Made by a program: the position numbers and the translations under genes. From positions 4,157,144-4,221,143 of the forward strand of contig CM082597.2 of NCBI GenBank assembly GCA_040954595.2: a stretch of 64,000 nt of DNA. The letters are read 5' to 3'. The notes beneath the pieces are model-generated. The model did not search any database. It was not told the origin of the DNA and was given only the letters and a program-made list of their open reading frames with translations. Source of the stretch: Balanoglossus misakiensis. Lineage: Eukaryota; Animalia; Hemichordata. Shown piece by piece: positions 22,117-35,176 of this stretch (position 1 is the first letter of the stretch; every line of letters starts with the position of its first letter).

Positions 22117-23708
22117 TTAATATCTCTTCTTGATGGGTTTGGCCATCATCGGGTCCATCCAATGGAATATGAAGACAAAGACGACGCCCACTAACACAAA
22201 CACTCCCATGAACGACACAAGAATTGTCCTCCCAACAATAGTATTGTCATAGACCTGAAACAAGGAAATACAAGTCAGAATCAACAATCAAAGATTTCTT
22301 TCCCGACATGAAGATCAGATGACCTGACTGCATACAGAGTTTTATGCAGCAATACAAGAAGCTGTACAAACTGATACACCCTTTTCATAAGTCGACCGCC
22401 CTCACACAGCCATTATGAATTTGAACTCAAAGCAAGGTCAATGGGAAACAGTTGACCAATCACATCAAGGGTGTTTCCCTATTGGCCTAGCTTTGAGTTC
22501 AAATTCACGATGTCTGCATAAGGGTGCTAGACTTGTGAAAATGGTGAATGGCATTTGCAGTAAATCATGACTCACTGTATTGTCAACTTCATCGGTGGCT
22601 GCCGGATTTTCTCTCGGAAAGAAGATGAGGATCAACGTGATCGCCAGAGCAGCCAGAAATATACCAATGGTGGCGTTCCTGTGGAGGTAACGAGAAATGA
22701 TTTAAAATCTAATTTTGTGGCGTTCATTGCTGACTGGTTGATTCAGCATCAACCAGCATATTACCTGATTCAATTCTGCGTTTTCAAGCACACAAGACGA
22801 ACCCAAGCCTTTCTGTTACTTCTGGAACTTTTGCAAGTTGTTGATTCCTTTTATTATCAATACATAGCACCACATGCAGACTAAGTAACCATCAAGACAA
22901 GTGATGGTAATAGGTCACATGGTAAGTTGGTAAATGTTGAAGGTTCTAACCATCTTACATTTAATTACTATAGACTAGTTAGTAAGTAATACCTTTTTGT
23001 TCATCAATATCTTGTGTATACAACTCAAGTACCAGGGTTCCCAATTTATTTACCCATGTATCTAATATTTACATTATAATAACTCCTAACTCTAGAGACA
23101 AATGCATAACTAGAAAACTACTACCAGTTAGACTATTCCTGTACACAGCTGTGTGTTTGATCATTCCATGCAGACAGTTCATGCACATAGACTCACTTAC
23201 CACAACCACTCTTGAGTCAAATAGATAAGTTCGTTAAGTCTTAAAAAGTGAGAATGAAAATAAAATGAAAGAAATGCAAAGTGGAAATGCAAAACAGAGT
23301 GAAAAGTACGTGTGGAAAGCTAAGAAATTAACAGTTGTACAGACAATATGAGAAAAAAATAATCTGAACTTGTCAAATAATAGATAAATGGGTTAAAGTT
23401 AATGGTGTACTTACAAAAGAAAATTATATGGTTATTAAGCTAAAATGATATCAATATTACATGGCAACAACAATGAAGTGATATGTTAATATTAATATAA
23501 TTATTACATGAATTTTCACAAAGAAAACCTATAAATAAGACCACATCACAATGATACTGTTCATGGATGATAATCCATATACAATGAAAATAAAATCTTA
23601 CTTAAGTCCACTCTGTGACCGCGAGAATATGAGGCACAGGAGAAAAGTGAGGGCCCAGATAAATGCCAGGATGAAGATGCCCACACCGACGCCAAGTACT
23701 GTTGCCAT
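22117..23708 (-). CDS. TMEM218: Transmembrane protein 218 (ciliary transition zone), 115 aa; absent from the ORF track
   Basis: Exons 23602-23708, 22576-22678, 22117-22254: MATVLGVGVGIFILAFIWALTFLLCLIFSRSQ..ITLILIFFPRE..VYDNTIVGRTILVSFMGVFVLVGVVFVFIFHWMDPMMAKPIKKRY; three hydrophobic segments. Confidence 0.92.
22374..22549. repeat. Palindromic MITE-like element
   Basis: Imperfect inverted arms (ttttcataagtc..gaatttgaactcaaagc / gctttgagttcaaattc..gacttgtgaaaa); a related partial copy lies at ~35945-36067. Confidence 0.65.
23201..23239 (-). other. Probable 39-nt in-frame cassette microexon of TMEM218
   Basis: Long pyrimidine tract plus AG, GTAAGT donor, phase 2-2, no stop (adds LNELIYLTQEWLW). 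Confidence 0.65.
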
Positions 23709-24722
23709 AGTGACAGGTTCAGTCCTGCGTTCTCCAATATTAAAAGATGTCCGACGGGTTTAAATCTTCAGAGATACAATAACGATCTTTGTGGATTATA
23801 GCACTATTAATCCATGAGTGATGATTTTCTGTAGAATAAAAGTTTGATCAGATTTGATCAGTCATGAACCAGGGTTCCGCGACTCGACTCGCGTCGTCTC
23901 ACACACGGAAGGGGTTCACATTAAAAAAACTGCCTGATTTTCATCGGTATCGTTGATCAACTTATCCGCATTAAAAGCTGGATTTCTGTTCCTCTGGAAG
24001 AAGGGGTTTTCACTTCAGGTGATCTTGTAAACTCAGGTCAAACACCGACGTCTCCAAGACTGATCATCCCAATTTGTTTTCAAAAGTGGAGCCTTCACAG
24101 GAATGTGACCTCAGACTAACGCAGGGCGCGTGACCTTTCCGTTCTGATACGCCGCGACTGATTGGCCTTCTGTAAAGCCCTGACCCATTCGCGAACCAAT
24201 CACGGATCACCTGATAAAGACCAGCTCAGTAACAGCTGAGAAATCGACAACCCAAACAATGAATCAGTAAGGAACCTCGACTGTCATCAAAAAGTCATAT
24301 TTCTTCAGTTTTCCAGGTAACGGATCTCAATACTGTTGACATATTTCATGGTTGAACATTTCATCTATAGAATCACGCAAGTGAAATCAGTCAAATTTCC
24401 TGAGTATACTATTCTGAAGTAACTTGAAGAGCGCGTGAAATAGACTACATGTACACATGCGTGTGCATTGTGTTGTGTTTTGATCCCTCGTGCTTGAAAT
24501 GTCAACAACGTCGCATCTTCCGGGAAATTGCTCGCTTATCTCTTATTCTGTCGCTGTCGTCTTATTTTGTCTTGCACAAACATCGTGTGTGCCGCGATTT
24601 CGAATGTAACTAAGTGACGGGCGTGAAGGTCGGGTTTGAGATGACGCGGCATCACTTCCGGTTTCTTTTCTAACTGATGTACACAGAATTGTTAAAATGT
24701 CAAAGTTTGTGCATGCTTTCAG

Positions 24723-25181
24723 ATGATGGATGAACCAGGCAGCGCAGAAGCGTTTGAGGAATTTTTTCCGGTGGCAGACAGGTACGACGTTGAGAAAAAT
24801 CCGGAATACAAGGAAGCGTTGGAGATTGCACCGGACAGAAATGAACCCCCACTGACGACACCGTTCCCAGTCGTCCAAGTCAAGAAAAGGAAGCGAAGAC
24901 AAGATGGTGCTCAGAACGCTTTCGCCAAAGTGGCGAGACACGACGGACAAAATGGCAGTGTGCAAACGCAGTCTGCCAATGCTGGTAGCCAGGCCAGTGC
25001 GGAGATTGCCAAGGCAACGGACGCAGCACCAAAGATGAAGACTGCAGAAGACCGGAAAATGATGGCGCAGAAAATGCGGGAAAAGAGACGGCAGCAAAGC
25101 CTGGCTAAGAAGAAGGAGGAAGAAAGCGAGAAAGCTAGACTGGCAGCAGCTATAGCAAATCGAAAAAAACAGATGTCATGA
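24723..25181 (+). CDS. Uncharacterised basic protein, 152 aa (putative NLS, C-terminal charged helix)
   Basis: Clean ORF starting right after a tttcag acceptor; possible upstream donor CAG|GTAACG at ~24316. KKRKRR motif; divergent from TMEM218. Family not recognised. Confidence 0.7.
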   Translation: MMDEPGSAEAFEEFFPVADRYDVEKNPEYKEALEIAPDRNEPPLTTPFPVVQVKKRKRRQDGAQNAFAKVARHDGQNGSVQTQSANAGSQASAEIAKATDAAPKMKTAEDRKMMAQKMREKRRQQSLAKKKEEESEKARLAAAIANRKKQMS

Positions 25182-28100
25182 TGAGAATGAGAGTGACACT
25201 TTAAGATTTTTGTTTTGTGTGGAACAGACATAATGTGGTCAGGAATTATCTATATCGTGGGTGAGTGGATATATACTCATACAAGATGATAGAATTCCTT
25301 CTACTTGTCCTCTTTGGATGCCACAGTAATGGCATATGATATATACCTGGAAACTTGGTCAGGAGGAGGTTTGGATTGCTATGTAGTGCAGTTACATCTT
25401 TGTGGAACAGACAAAACCACAGTCCAGCCCCAGTGACATGAACTTGAAGTCAGTTACTGATACATGGCCAAGGGCGAGAGTACTGATACTTAGGAAAATG
25501 TAATTATTTAAAAACAAATATTGCACTGCCTTCATGGATAATAAAATATTTACTGGAAAAGGAATGTATGCATTTGAACTGTGTTCGTGTGACATGAGAA
25601 ACAAAGTGCGCCACCACATGGTCAATTGAAGACATTGACATGTCCCCCTGACCGTATATGCATATATGTAAATTAGAGGTTACCGTACAGTTTCAGCGAA
25701 AGATATCAATGTTGATCAGCCAATGAGATTATGTGTCAAAATGTTCATATCACGATCAGAATTGTTGTCAATTTCACATGTCCCCCCTGGTGCCAGTCTG
25801 TCTGGAAATCACATCTGATATGTTTCATATGTATGTATGTATCTATGTACAGTATGTATGTATGTATCTATGTATGTATCTATGTATGTATGCAGTGTAG
25901 TGTTTTATTGTGGAGTGACCATGAAGGCTATGATGTTTACAGATCTTGGAGTATTTAAATAAATAAACTCCCACTATAGGGCGGTTCAAGTTCATTACAC
26001 TCAAAATTATAGATTGGTGGGTGTGTATTTTTTCCAAGCGTGCATTAGAAAAAAAAATCAGTTAGGCAATTAATTAATTTGTTACATTAATGAATGTGCC
26101 ATTTAGACTATCAATTTGTACCTATTATGCGGGCAAAATCATTCATGTGTGATACCCTAGCTGATACAAAAGATTGCAACAATTTTGGAGTAATTGTAGC
26201 ATTTTTAAACGATGGTAATTACCGTCCATAGACCCAGTTCTTGTTGCTTACATATACAACAATAGAAATGGCTTAATTAACCACATTGTCATTTCGCCCA
26301 TGACAACAATTAGACGCGCGCGCTGTTGTCCACGCGCGAGTAGAAAACTGGGCTGACCTCTTCTGCGTATATCGACTGACCTTCCTATGCTCGTCCCATT
26401 ATCAGCTAATCGCTCACAGAGAACGTTGGCTCGTCCATTCACTGCCATTCTCCACCCACTAGACACATACTATTTTAAGACGCCACACACTCGCCATTGT
26501 TTTCCCCATAAATAAAGTTGACTGTCAAATATTCTTTTACCCCCGAAATAAAAATTAATTTATGATAGTTCCACCCATTCACACAGGGAAATTATCAAAG
26601 TGCTACAAAGATGCGGATCCGATTCAACAATGGTATTGTTTATTTGCGCGACTTGCGTGAGGAAAAAAAAATGAAAACTGGACGAAATTGATTTGTGTGC
26701 GTTGTGATGCGTGATGAAATTGATACGGTCGCCGTGAGTGGCGATTTCATCGACCGTAATCTGTTTCTTCAGTGGTCGTCGATTTCTATTATTTTATCAT
26801 CTAGCTAGTCCGGCCTACTAATTTCGCCAAACATTAGTTCGGCGTTTTCTGTGATGAGAGACAATAAAGATAATATGCGTGTGACGTAAGCGACAACCAT
26901 TGACCTATTTGACGATTCCAGTCGGAAAAGTCACAGGGGAAAATAGTTGATTTTTTGAGGGGCATCGTACACTGTGGGTATGTTTTAGCTCTTGATTAAA
27001 GAAATAAAATGTTCTTGGTGTTAGTAAAATAAAGAGAAATATCAATTTAACTAAAATGACTAAATAAGTACCATCTATGAACGTTATTTTTTCTAATAAG
27101 GGAAATTGAACATATTCTATCGACCATGTTACAGCAATGGTGTATTCCAAAATCCCACCCCCTGTTGAATAATTCATAAGCTGGCAGTACATTATTCAAA
27201 GTTATCACGTGATAGGTGTCAATCACTTGGGGGCCGTTGTTGTAAATTGACGGCCGCCAAAAAGCGGCAGCGTCCGTTGACGAAGAGTGACAGATCAGGT
27301 AAGATGTCAGTCAATGTCGCCAAAACCCCACAACCACGAATTATTTAGGGACAGCGAACTCACATACACGGCTAGTCAAACCTTTTGATTTAATACTCCG
27401 ACCAGCATCTTGGGTTATTTTTGAGTGGGGGTAAAAATACCCTCCGAACTGCCGGGGTTATTGCAAACACGATTGTCTGTCATGCCCCAAGCTGAAATCG
27501 ATCCGGGCCAGTAGCGGACATAATTCAAAATGGAATAGATCGGTCTTGTGTTAGTTCGGCCCTCTCGTTTGTGTATATAGATGACATTTGTAGGTGTTAG
27601 ACGCTGTCAGATTTATTACGGCTGTTTTCCATATGGCTTGATCGTATCCAAACGCCGATATCGAGACAGATTTGACGCCCAAGTTCTAGCCGACGGATCA
27701 GGACGCGCACGCACTATGCAACGCGGACGCGCTGCTAGAAACGAACAACGCTAAGCGCTTTGTTATGGTAGCTCTCTGTTGCTGCTGTAAATTTCACAAT
27801 CCTGTGAAATCCTCGCGATCGTAATGCATGCGATCTGTCGCAGACTGCAGTCTGTGGGCACCGCGATCATGTATTTCAGAGATCAGAGCGGCGATCGCGT
27901 TCGTTTTGAGCCGGTAAAGTCGCGAATCCGGCCGAATATTCGCGGGAATTTGTAGCGAAAGTCGCTGTGGCGAAATGTATCCAATATGGCGATCGTGGAC
28001 ATCACAGCGTTGGCAATGTTGTGTTGTTGCGAAGCTGTGATGGGTTGCTTAGCATAAACGCTCGGTCACGTACGTTACTGAACCGTTCGCATTTCTGACT

Positions 28101-29707
28101 TTCGCATCGAATCAAAGATGGCGAGGCCTTTACAGGGCTTCGGTACATGGCTACCAGATGATATTATTTGTCCTGCGTGACGGGCTCAAAGTGTTACGAC
28201 GCATGTGTGACTCAAATCTGTAATTGTTCGCAGTGAAATGGTGTAAATTATCCCCAGCTTTCAATCATTAGGAGTCTGTCTGGCGATTCATGGCACAATT
28301 CTTAAAGCACAGAGTTGACTAAACTTCTGAATGATTGAAAAACAGTCACCCGTTTTATGTCTTTCTTGAAAAACAACCACTTAAAATACCATTATTCTTC
28401 TTTGTTGAAGTCTTGAGAATAATCTTAAACACAAACAAAAATGGTCCCTGTCTCAACAGAACTTACTTGCACAGATCTTAGTTAGGGAGGGGGGATACCT
28501 TACTTTTACTAATTGTGTACTTTTGGTCTATTTTATAATTTAAATAAAGGCAGCCCCAGATTGGGTTTTACACATGTAGTCTGTGACCTAATTCAGATTT
28601 CAACTAACTAACAGGTCATAGATCTCAGATTACATGATCAGTACATGTACTTAGTCTCCCAATTTCAAACGTATGTTGGCCAGGTTTTTGTGATCAGGGA
28701 ATTGAAACTTCTGTTTGTAGGAAACACTGTTCCAAGTCTAGTATGTTATTTGTGTGAATGCAACTAATGGAGCTTTAATGTTAGAACGATCATATTTTGT
28801 AATACATATAAATTAGACTTAGTTACAGAAGTCAAGAGTATGTGTTATTTGCTAGTACCTATGTGTATAATGAATAAGGAAAATAAATTGAAAACAAACG
28901 AAAAAGTAAACATGCAAATTAGCTTGCCTTTTTTGCAGCCCATATTTGATTATATATAAAGGCATGATTGACTAGACCAGCTTGTTGTCGTAGAAATACA
29001 AAAATAATCCTGAAAATAAAAACATAAAAAACAGAGTTTTTCTTGAATATTGTTTTATATTTTAAGTAGGTATTGGTTTACTGGATCAGTTTCTGACAGC
29101 TGTTGCATTGTGAAAGAAGAAAACAGCTGTTATTCAGTTTGAGACAAGCTTATTAAATTTAAAAAAAATATATGATGAATTTAGAATAAAATGGTCCCCA
29201 GACCAGACTATTCATCGAATATTGGATATAACATGTAGAGTCGGTAGAAAGCTTGACCTCACAGAGAAAAATGTAGTCTGCCACTGGTGTTAGTGTTCCA
29301 GTGACCTATGGACTCCAAACATGCGCCGACATAAATCTCAGATTTTCTCCAGAGTCACGTTTTTCCAATTTCAACCCGTTCTGTGCACTGCAGTGCTGTG
29401 AAACCAGTAAATATTTCTCTCAAGTCTTCTTCATCACTTCCCTCTTTGCGTTTGCGACCGACGCCGTTCGAGAGATTTGAAGTGTCGGCGGAAAAATGTC
29501 AAGTTGCTGCGAAAATTCTCGCGGCGCTTGTTGTAACACAAAGCGGTCCAGTCACCTGATTGGTCATTGAAATCCACGTTCTTCACCAAGCTTATCACGG
29601 ATCATTTGCATCTTTTAAGTGATAGAACCAGATCTATTTTTAGGTCACATTTTTCACACTAAAATTGGCTTTGAAAAAATATGAAAATGGAATCTCCCCC
29701 CCCCCCC

Positions 29708-29739
<32 letters not shown>

Positions 29740-30300
29740 CCCCAAAAATTAATTAACATGAAAAAATATGTGTGGAAAGATTATCCCAGTTTTATAGATT
29801 GAAACAAACATAAGTTAATTTCCAATACATATATATAGGACATCGATAATCATGAGTTGAATGAAAACCCTGGTTGTGTCTGTGGGCTGTCCCAGGCACT
29901 ATCAGCACCTCCTTCCGTTACATAACAGTGACAGGTGCCTGGGAGCTGCTAATTGATGGGGAGTGATGACACCAATAGGAACACCCACTCAGGGCTGAGG
30001 GGACCACCCACTCGGATGATTAAAACACTGTCACCTTCATAATTGATATGGACGTAAAATTAATTAGTCGTGGTCAATAAACAACTGGGGGACTGGTTCA
30101 GTGTGGTATTTATGTGGTCGACCTTCATGGCCTTTGTCTGCGCTCAGGCAGAATTTTAACATCCACTATGAACGTGCAAATCTGCGTTTTGAGAGAGCTG
30201 GCTACAGATCTTTTTTGAATTGAATTATATCCTGCTGTGTCTATGTGTTCAGTGTACCAGAATGCAGTTCTAATCCATAAACCCCAGAGAACACTGAGTA

Positions 30301-30673
30301 AAAATCTTCAGTTTGCATGATGAATTATACTAGTAATTTTTTCAATATAGCATGAAAATAAACTATCATTCCTGACTGCTGTACCAAAAAAAAAAAAATT
30401 ACTGATGATTTTCTGTTTGCATGATGTATTATATCTGGTATTATTTTTTAATATGGCATTGAAAATAAACATTTTCTGACTGCTATACACCATTTCAGGG
30501 AAATAAAAGAGAGAGATAGAGAGAGAAAACTAAAAAAAAAAACCCAAAGATCTTCAGTTTTCATGATGTATTATATCTGGTAATTTATTTTTTAATATGG
30601 CATTGAAAATAAACCTTCTCTGACTGCTGTACACCATATCAGAAAAATAAAAGAGATAGAGAGGGAAAAACTA
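30301..30673. repeat. Degenerate direct repeat, three copies of ~110-140 bp
   Basis: 'catgatg[ta]attata..atatggcattgaaaataaac..tgactgct[ga]tac' recurs from ~30301, ~30410 and ~30550. Confidence 0.75.
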
Positions 30674-31534
30674 GCTTATATTCACACTAATGGGCATACA
30701 AGTCATCGTCATTGTGTGAATATTACCTTGATATAAACGAGACCATTATGAAATTGACTACCCGGCACATCGACCTCACGAGATGTTTGTCATGAATAGA
30801 AGCAGATTAGATCCCTGAGTGGCTGTATTCACTGATTGGAAATCTCGCTGCGTGATGTTTGTAATCTCTCTCTTCTTTTGTGTGATTTTCTCTTTGAATT
30901 GTAACGTGGGGATAGGATAGTTATGTCATATTATAGTGTAGTGTTGCAGCATGTGGCTTTTTGGATTAAAATATAACTGAAGGGTTATTTTTGTGGCAAA
31001 TAAAAATGTTCATAATATTCTGTGTACAAAAAATTAGCAATCATTTTTAGTGCTCGGGCAAGTAAAACAATGTAAAATTTTAACATTTTTCTGAAGAGTT
31101 ATTTTTATAGCAAATAAAAATGTTCACAATATTTTTATTAATATAGCAGATATTTTAATGGTTTGGCAAGCAGTTTTTGATTAGATAGCATATTATGATA
31201 ACCTCATTAACCTATTATTACCTATCATTACCAATCATTATTTACTATTACCAGTATCGGTATTCTTCTTGCTACTGGTGTGTTGTACATTGTATTCGTC
31301 TTTGAATTTTCTCCAAAAATCTCTACCACAGTCTAGGGTTATATCTCAAGCTCATCTCCAAGAAAAAAAATGAGCATGATGTAAGTGAATTCATTTGCCC
31401 ATCTCTCGTACTACTGGAGCATACATTGCGACAGTGGTTGGTTTTAAGACAGCATTTGTAATCTTGGGAGTTTTGTGTGCCTTTGCAGATTTCTATTGGG
31501 GCCATCTTGGTCCAGCAGCGAAGAAGACCCAGCC

Positions 31535-34500
31535 ATGCAGCACACAGGGGGACCCGTCCCAGTGTCCATCATACCCAGCCACCACCACCAAGGCTTGGCA
31601 CCCCCTGCCTACCAGGACACCACCCAGGTGGTGCAGCAGGTCCAGGTGTCCACCCCGCAGCCGGTGCACCAGAACGCCACGGTGCAGGTGCGCCAGGTGT
31701 CCACGCCCACGCAGTGCGTCACGCCGCAGTCGTCGCAGCCGCAGCCGCAGCAGATGGTGCAGCAGCCGCAGCAGGTGCAGGCGGCCAACGCGGTGGACGT
31801 ACAGGCGCAGGGAGAGGCTGACAAGAGGGCGATTTATAGGTGAGTGGTTGCCATGGTGATGATGATGATGATGATGATTAAGTTGATGATGATGATGATA
31901 ATGATGATGATGATTGTGTGTGCGAATGAGTGTGGTTTGTATGATGTGTGCGGTGAGTGGGCATGAGTGATGATGATGATGATGATGATGGTGATGATGA
32001 TGCAGGGGGGGGGGGGGACTGCAATGGAACATTAAGAAGTTAGTGCAACTGACAATGTAGAACGCTGGTTGCCCCCTTGACAAATTGCTAGCGGGTGCCA
32101 ACACAATCACAGTCAACAGATGGCGAATCGCCCAATTGCCCAGACTAGATGAAACACTGATTCATCTCTTATATCTGTGTTTTTTTTTCTTCACTTTCCT
32201 GACAGGCATCCACTGTTTCCATTGATGACACTTCTGTTCGAGAAATGCGAGCAGGCCACACAGAGCGCCGACCCACCTACGTCCGCCAGTTTCGATGTCG
32301 ACATTGAAACATTCGTCAGGCATCAAGACCAAGAGGGCAAACCGTTCTTCAGCGATGACCCGGAAGTAGATAATTTGGTAAGTGCCAAGGTCAAGCACAA
32401 ATTGAAATCCCAAGAAATTTTATCCACTAACCTACAGTGTATATACAACTTATTATTTTTGTGGTATTTTTGTGAGAATTTTATTTTTTATCCATACACT
32501 GGTACAGCTAATTTGTCTTTAGTCAGATATATGTAAGTTGAAGAAAAAAATATTCAGAAATTCTATTTTGCTTGGCATTTAAAAAAAATCTTTTTCCCCT
32601 TTTTTGTTCCCAGATGGTTAAAGCCATCCAGGTCCTTAGGATCCACCTCTTAGAGCTGGAAAAGGTCAATGAACTTTGTAAAGACTTTTGCCACCGCTAC
32701 ATAACGTGTCTGAAAGGTAAAATGCAGAGTGATAATTTGTTACGAAACGACATTCCAAACTACCCGGGCGGGCAGCAGATGCTACTTCAACCAGACCAAC
32801 AACAACAACAACAGCAGGTGCAGGTACAGCAACAGCAGTCGCAGCAGCAACAACAACAACAACAACAAAATCAACAACAACAACAGCAGCACAATCAACA
32901 GCTACAGCAAGTCCAACAGATTCAGGTAGGTGGTGAATCACCTTGACCAAATTGGTTTGGTCCAAGTCCATTGTTTCGAAATAATTTTTTTGAAAAAGTT
33001 TCTTTATATCATTGGCTGGAATTAGCCATTCAGCAAAAACCTTATGTTTCTCTGCTAATTTCACCGTTGATTTTCCCAGGTGCAGCAGCAGCAGCAGCAA
33101 CAACAGCAGCAGCAACAAGTCCAGCAAATACAGCAAGTCCAACAGATTACGCCGCAAGGAACGCCCGTACAAGCCGGCGCCACGGGTTCCGTCATTCTAC
33201 AGCAGAACCAGCAGGGACAGGTCACGTCTGTGTCGCAGGTCCACCCGTCGCAAGTGCAGCCGACAGTCACCATGGCGACTGTCATGAACGCCGCCGGACA
33301 GATTATCTACCAGCCAGTGACAATGGTCACCCCACAGGGGGTGATGACACCTCAAGGACTTGTGACGCAGGGGGCTATTCCGGGAACTGTTCAAATACAG
33401 ACCACCCCTCCGCAGGCTGTGGCGCAACAGCCCCAGATGATCTCCGCGCCTCTCATACACGGCTCCACGCCGATCTCGCAAATCGGTATCCCCGCGCAAT
33501 CGACCCAACAGCTGACAACTCCCACGGCGTCGGCGCTTACCGTTGCCACTTCCACCCCCTCCAGTTTTGACGCGAGTTTTGGTGACAGTGATTTGTTAAA
33601 CAAGAGGAAAAACAAGCGTGGGGTTCTTCCGAAACAGGCGACAAACGTCATGAGGTCATGGCTCTTCCAGCACATAGTTGTAAGTAGACCAAAACCATTT
33701 GGCGCTCTCTATGTCTCAGTTTCACTGCCAAGGATTATGTCTGGTCCATACCCTAATGAGCAACGCACACTGTGTAAAAGAAAACCTCCATGACTAGCAC
33801 TTTGCCCTTTTGTTATCCTACCCTAAATTGCCCTTTAACGGTTCTTGTTTATTTTTGTCAAATGGCCCTTTAATGGTACCTGTTTATTTCTGTCCAATCA
33901 GCATCCGTATCCCACAGAAGACGAGAAGAGGCAAATAGCCAATCAAACCAACTTGTCTCTTTTACAAGTCAATAACTGGTGAGTTCGATAATACTGAATA
34001 CAGTACAGAAAACAGTGATTTTATTTCTGTAAGAATCTTGGTTTTGGCTTCATCATATTTTCCTGTGTGGAAAATTAAAATTAAAATATTTTTTTGTTGA
34101 TCGACAGGTTCATAAACGCCCGACGGAGGATACTGCAGCCCATGCTGGACGCCAGCAACCCGGACCCGACCCCGAAAGCCAAGAAGAACAAAAACCAGTC
34201 GCGACCGACGCAGCGGTTTTGGCCGGAGTCGCTGGCCAACGTCGGCCTGCAGTCGGAAGCGCAGCAGCAGTCGCCCCAGCAGCAACAGTTAGTGCAGGTG
34301 GCAACGAGTGTAGCAGGTGAGGTGAGAACTGCATGCATTATGTTTCTCCGGGTGACCTCTGTGGTGATGGCTTGGCTTTCCGATCTTTGTCTGTAAAAGC
34401 GTTAATACAGTCAAACCTGTGTTAGTGGCCACCTCTATATAGCGGCCATTTTGTTACAGTCCCTGTGCAATTAAACAGGTACATTAATTAACCTGTCTAT

Positions 34501-35176
34501 AAAGACCACCTGTCTATAAAGACCAGTTTAGTAAAGTCCCTTGTCTGGCCACTATAAACAGGTTTGACTGAATTTCACTGGATGTTTGATTGCAGTATTT
34601 TAATTGATTGATATAATCTGCCAATCCCCATTCCCAGCAAAAACAAAAGTGCAAAAAGTACTCATCATTTCATGGCCACATCCAGTAAAAATAAAAATGC
34701 TTTTACATGGTTTTCATGTTTTCCTTATTTATTCTAACATAAAATATTTGTTGTCCAGTAACTGTGATTATTTTGCTATTTAACTATACCTGACATGTTG
34801 AATATTATCCGGTTTGCAGAGGTTTTATGTGAAGGGGACTGGCAAGGATGTTCAGTATAGACAGGTTTTTCCAGATTAGACTGGGTTCGGTTTAGTCTGG
34901 GTTAACTGTATTTGCATTTGAGATTCTGACCTGTCGCACCTTCCCGTCTCCACAGCAACAGATGCTGTTACCGCAGTAACGCTGAACAACGCCACAGTGG
35001 AGAACATGGAGGCACTGCAGAGGGCGACACTCTCCCCGATGCTCGTCGTGCAGCAGACGACGACGGCGTCTCCCGCTCTCGGGAACATCGTGCACAACGG
35101 CGACGGCGTCCCGCTGCAGACGGAGAACGACGACATCGGATTGGACAGCAGTTCGTCGTCGGGGATGGCCGAGTGA
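31535..35176 (+). CDS. PKNOX: PKNOX/Prep TALE homeodomain transcription factor, ~631 aa
   Basis: Exons 31535-31839, 32206-32377, 32614-32925, 33080-33679, 33902-33978, 34108-34316, 34956-35176. MEINOX domain [48 protein letters not shown]; homeodomain [44 protein letters not shown] (Prep-type rather than Meis-type). Confidence 0.95.
31857..32002. repeat. Interrupted (GAT)n microsatellite, intronic
   Basis: Directly visible. Confidence 0.9.
34406..34570. mobile_element. MITE family 2 copy
   Basis: tacagtcaaacctgt..agtggcc / ggccact..acaggtttgactg. Confidence 0.7.

Noticed and set aside
31493-32116. 207-aa His-rich minus-strand ORF
   Set aside because: Antisense shadow of a GC-rich PKNOX exon plus the (GAT)n repeat.
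31535-35176. Meis/homothorax or TGIF identity for the TALE gene
   Set aside because: Residues KRGVLPK, FQHI and PTEDEK together with a MEINOX domain indicate Prep/PKNOX.
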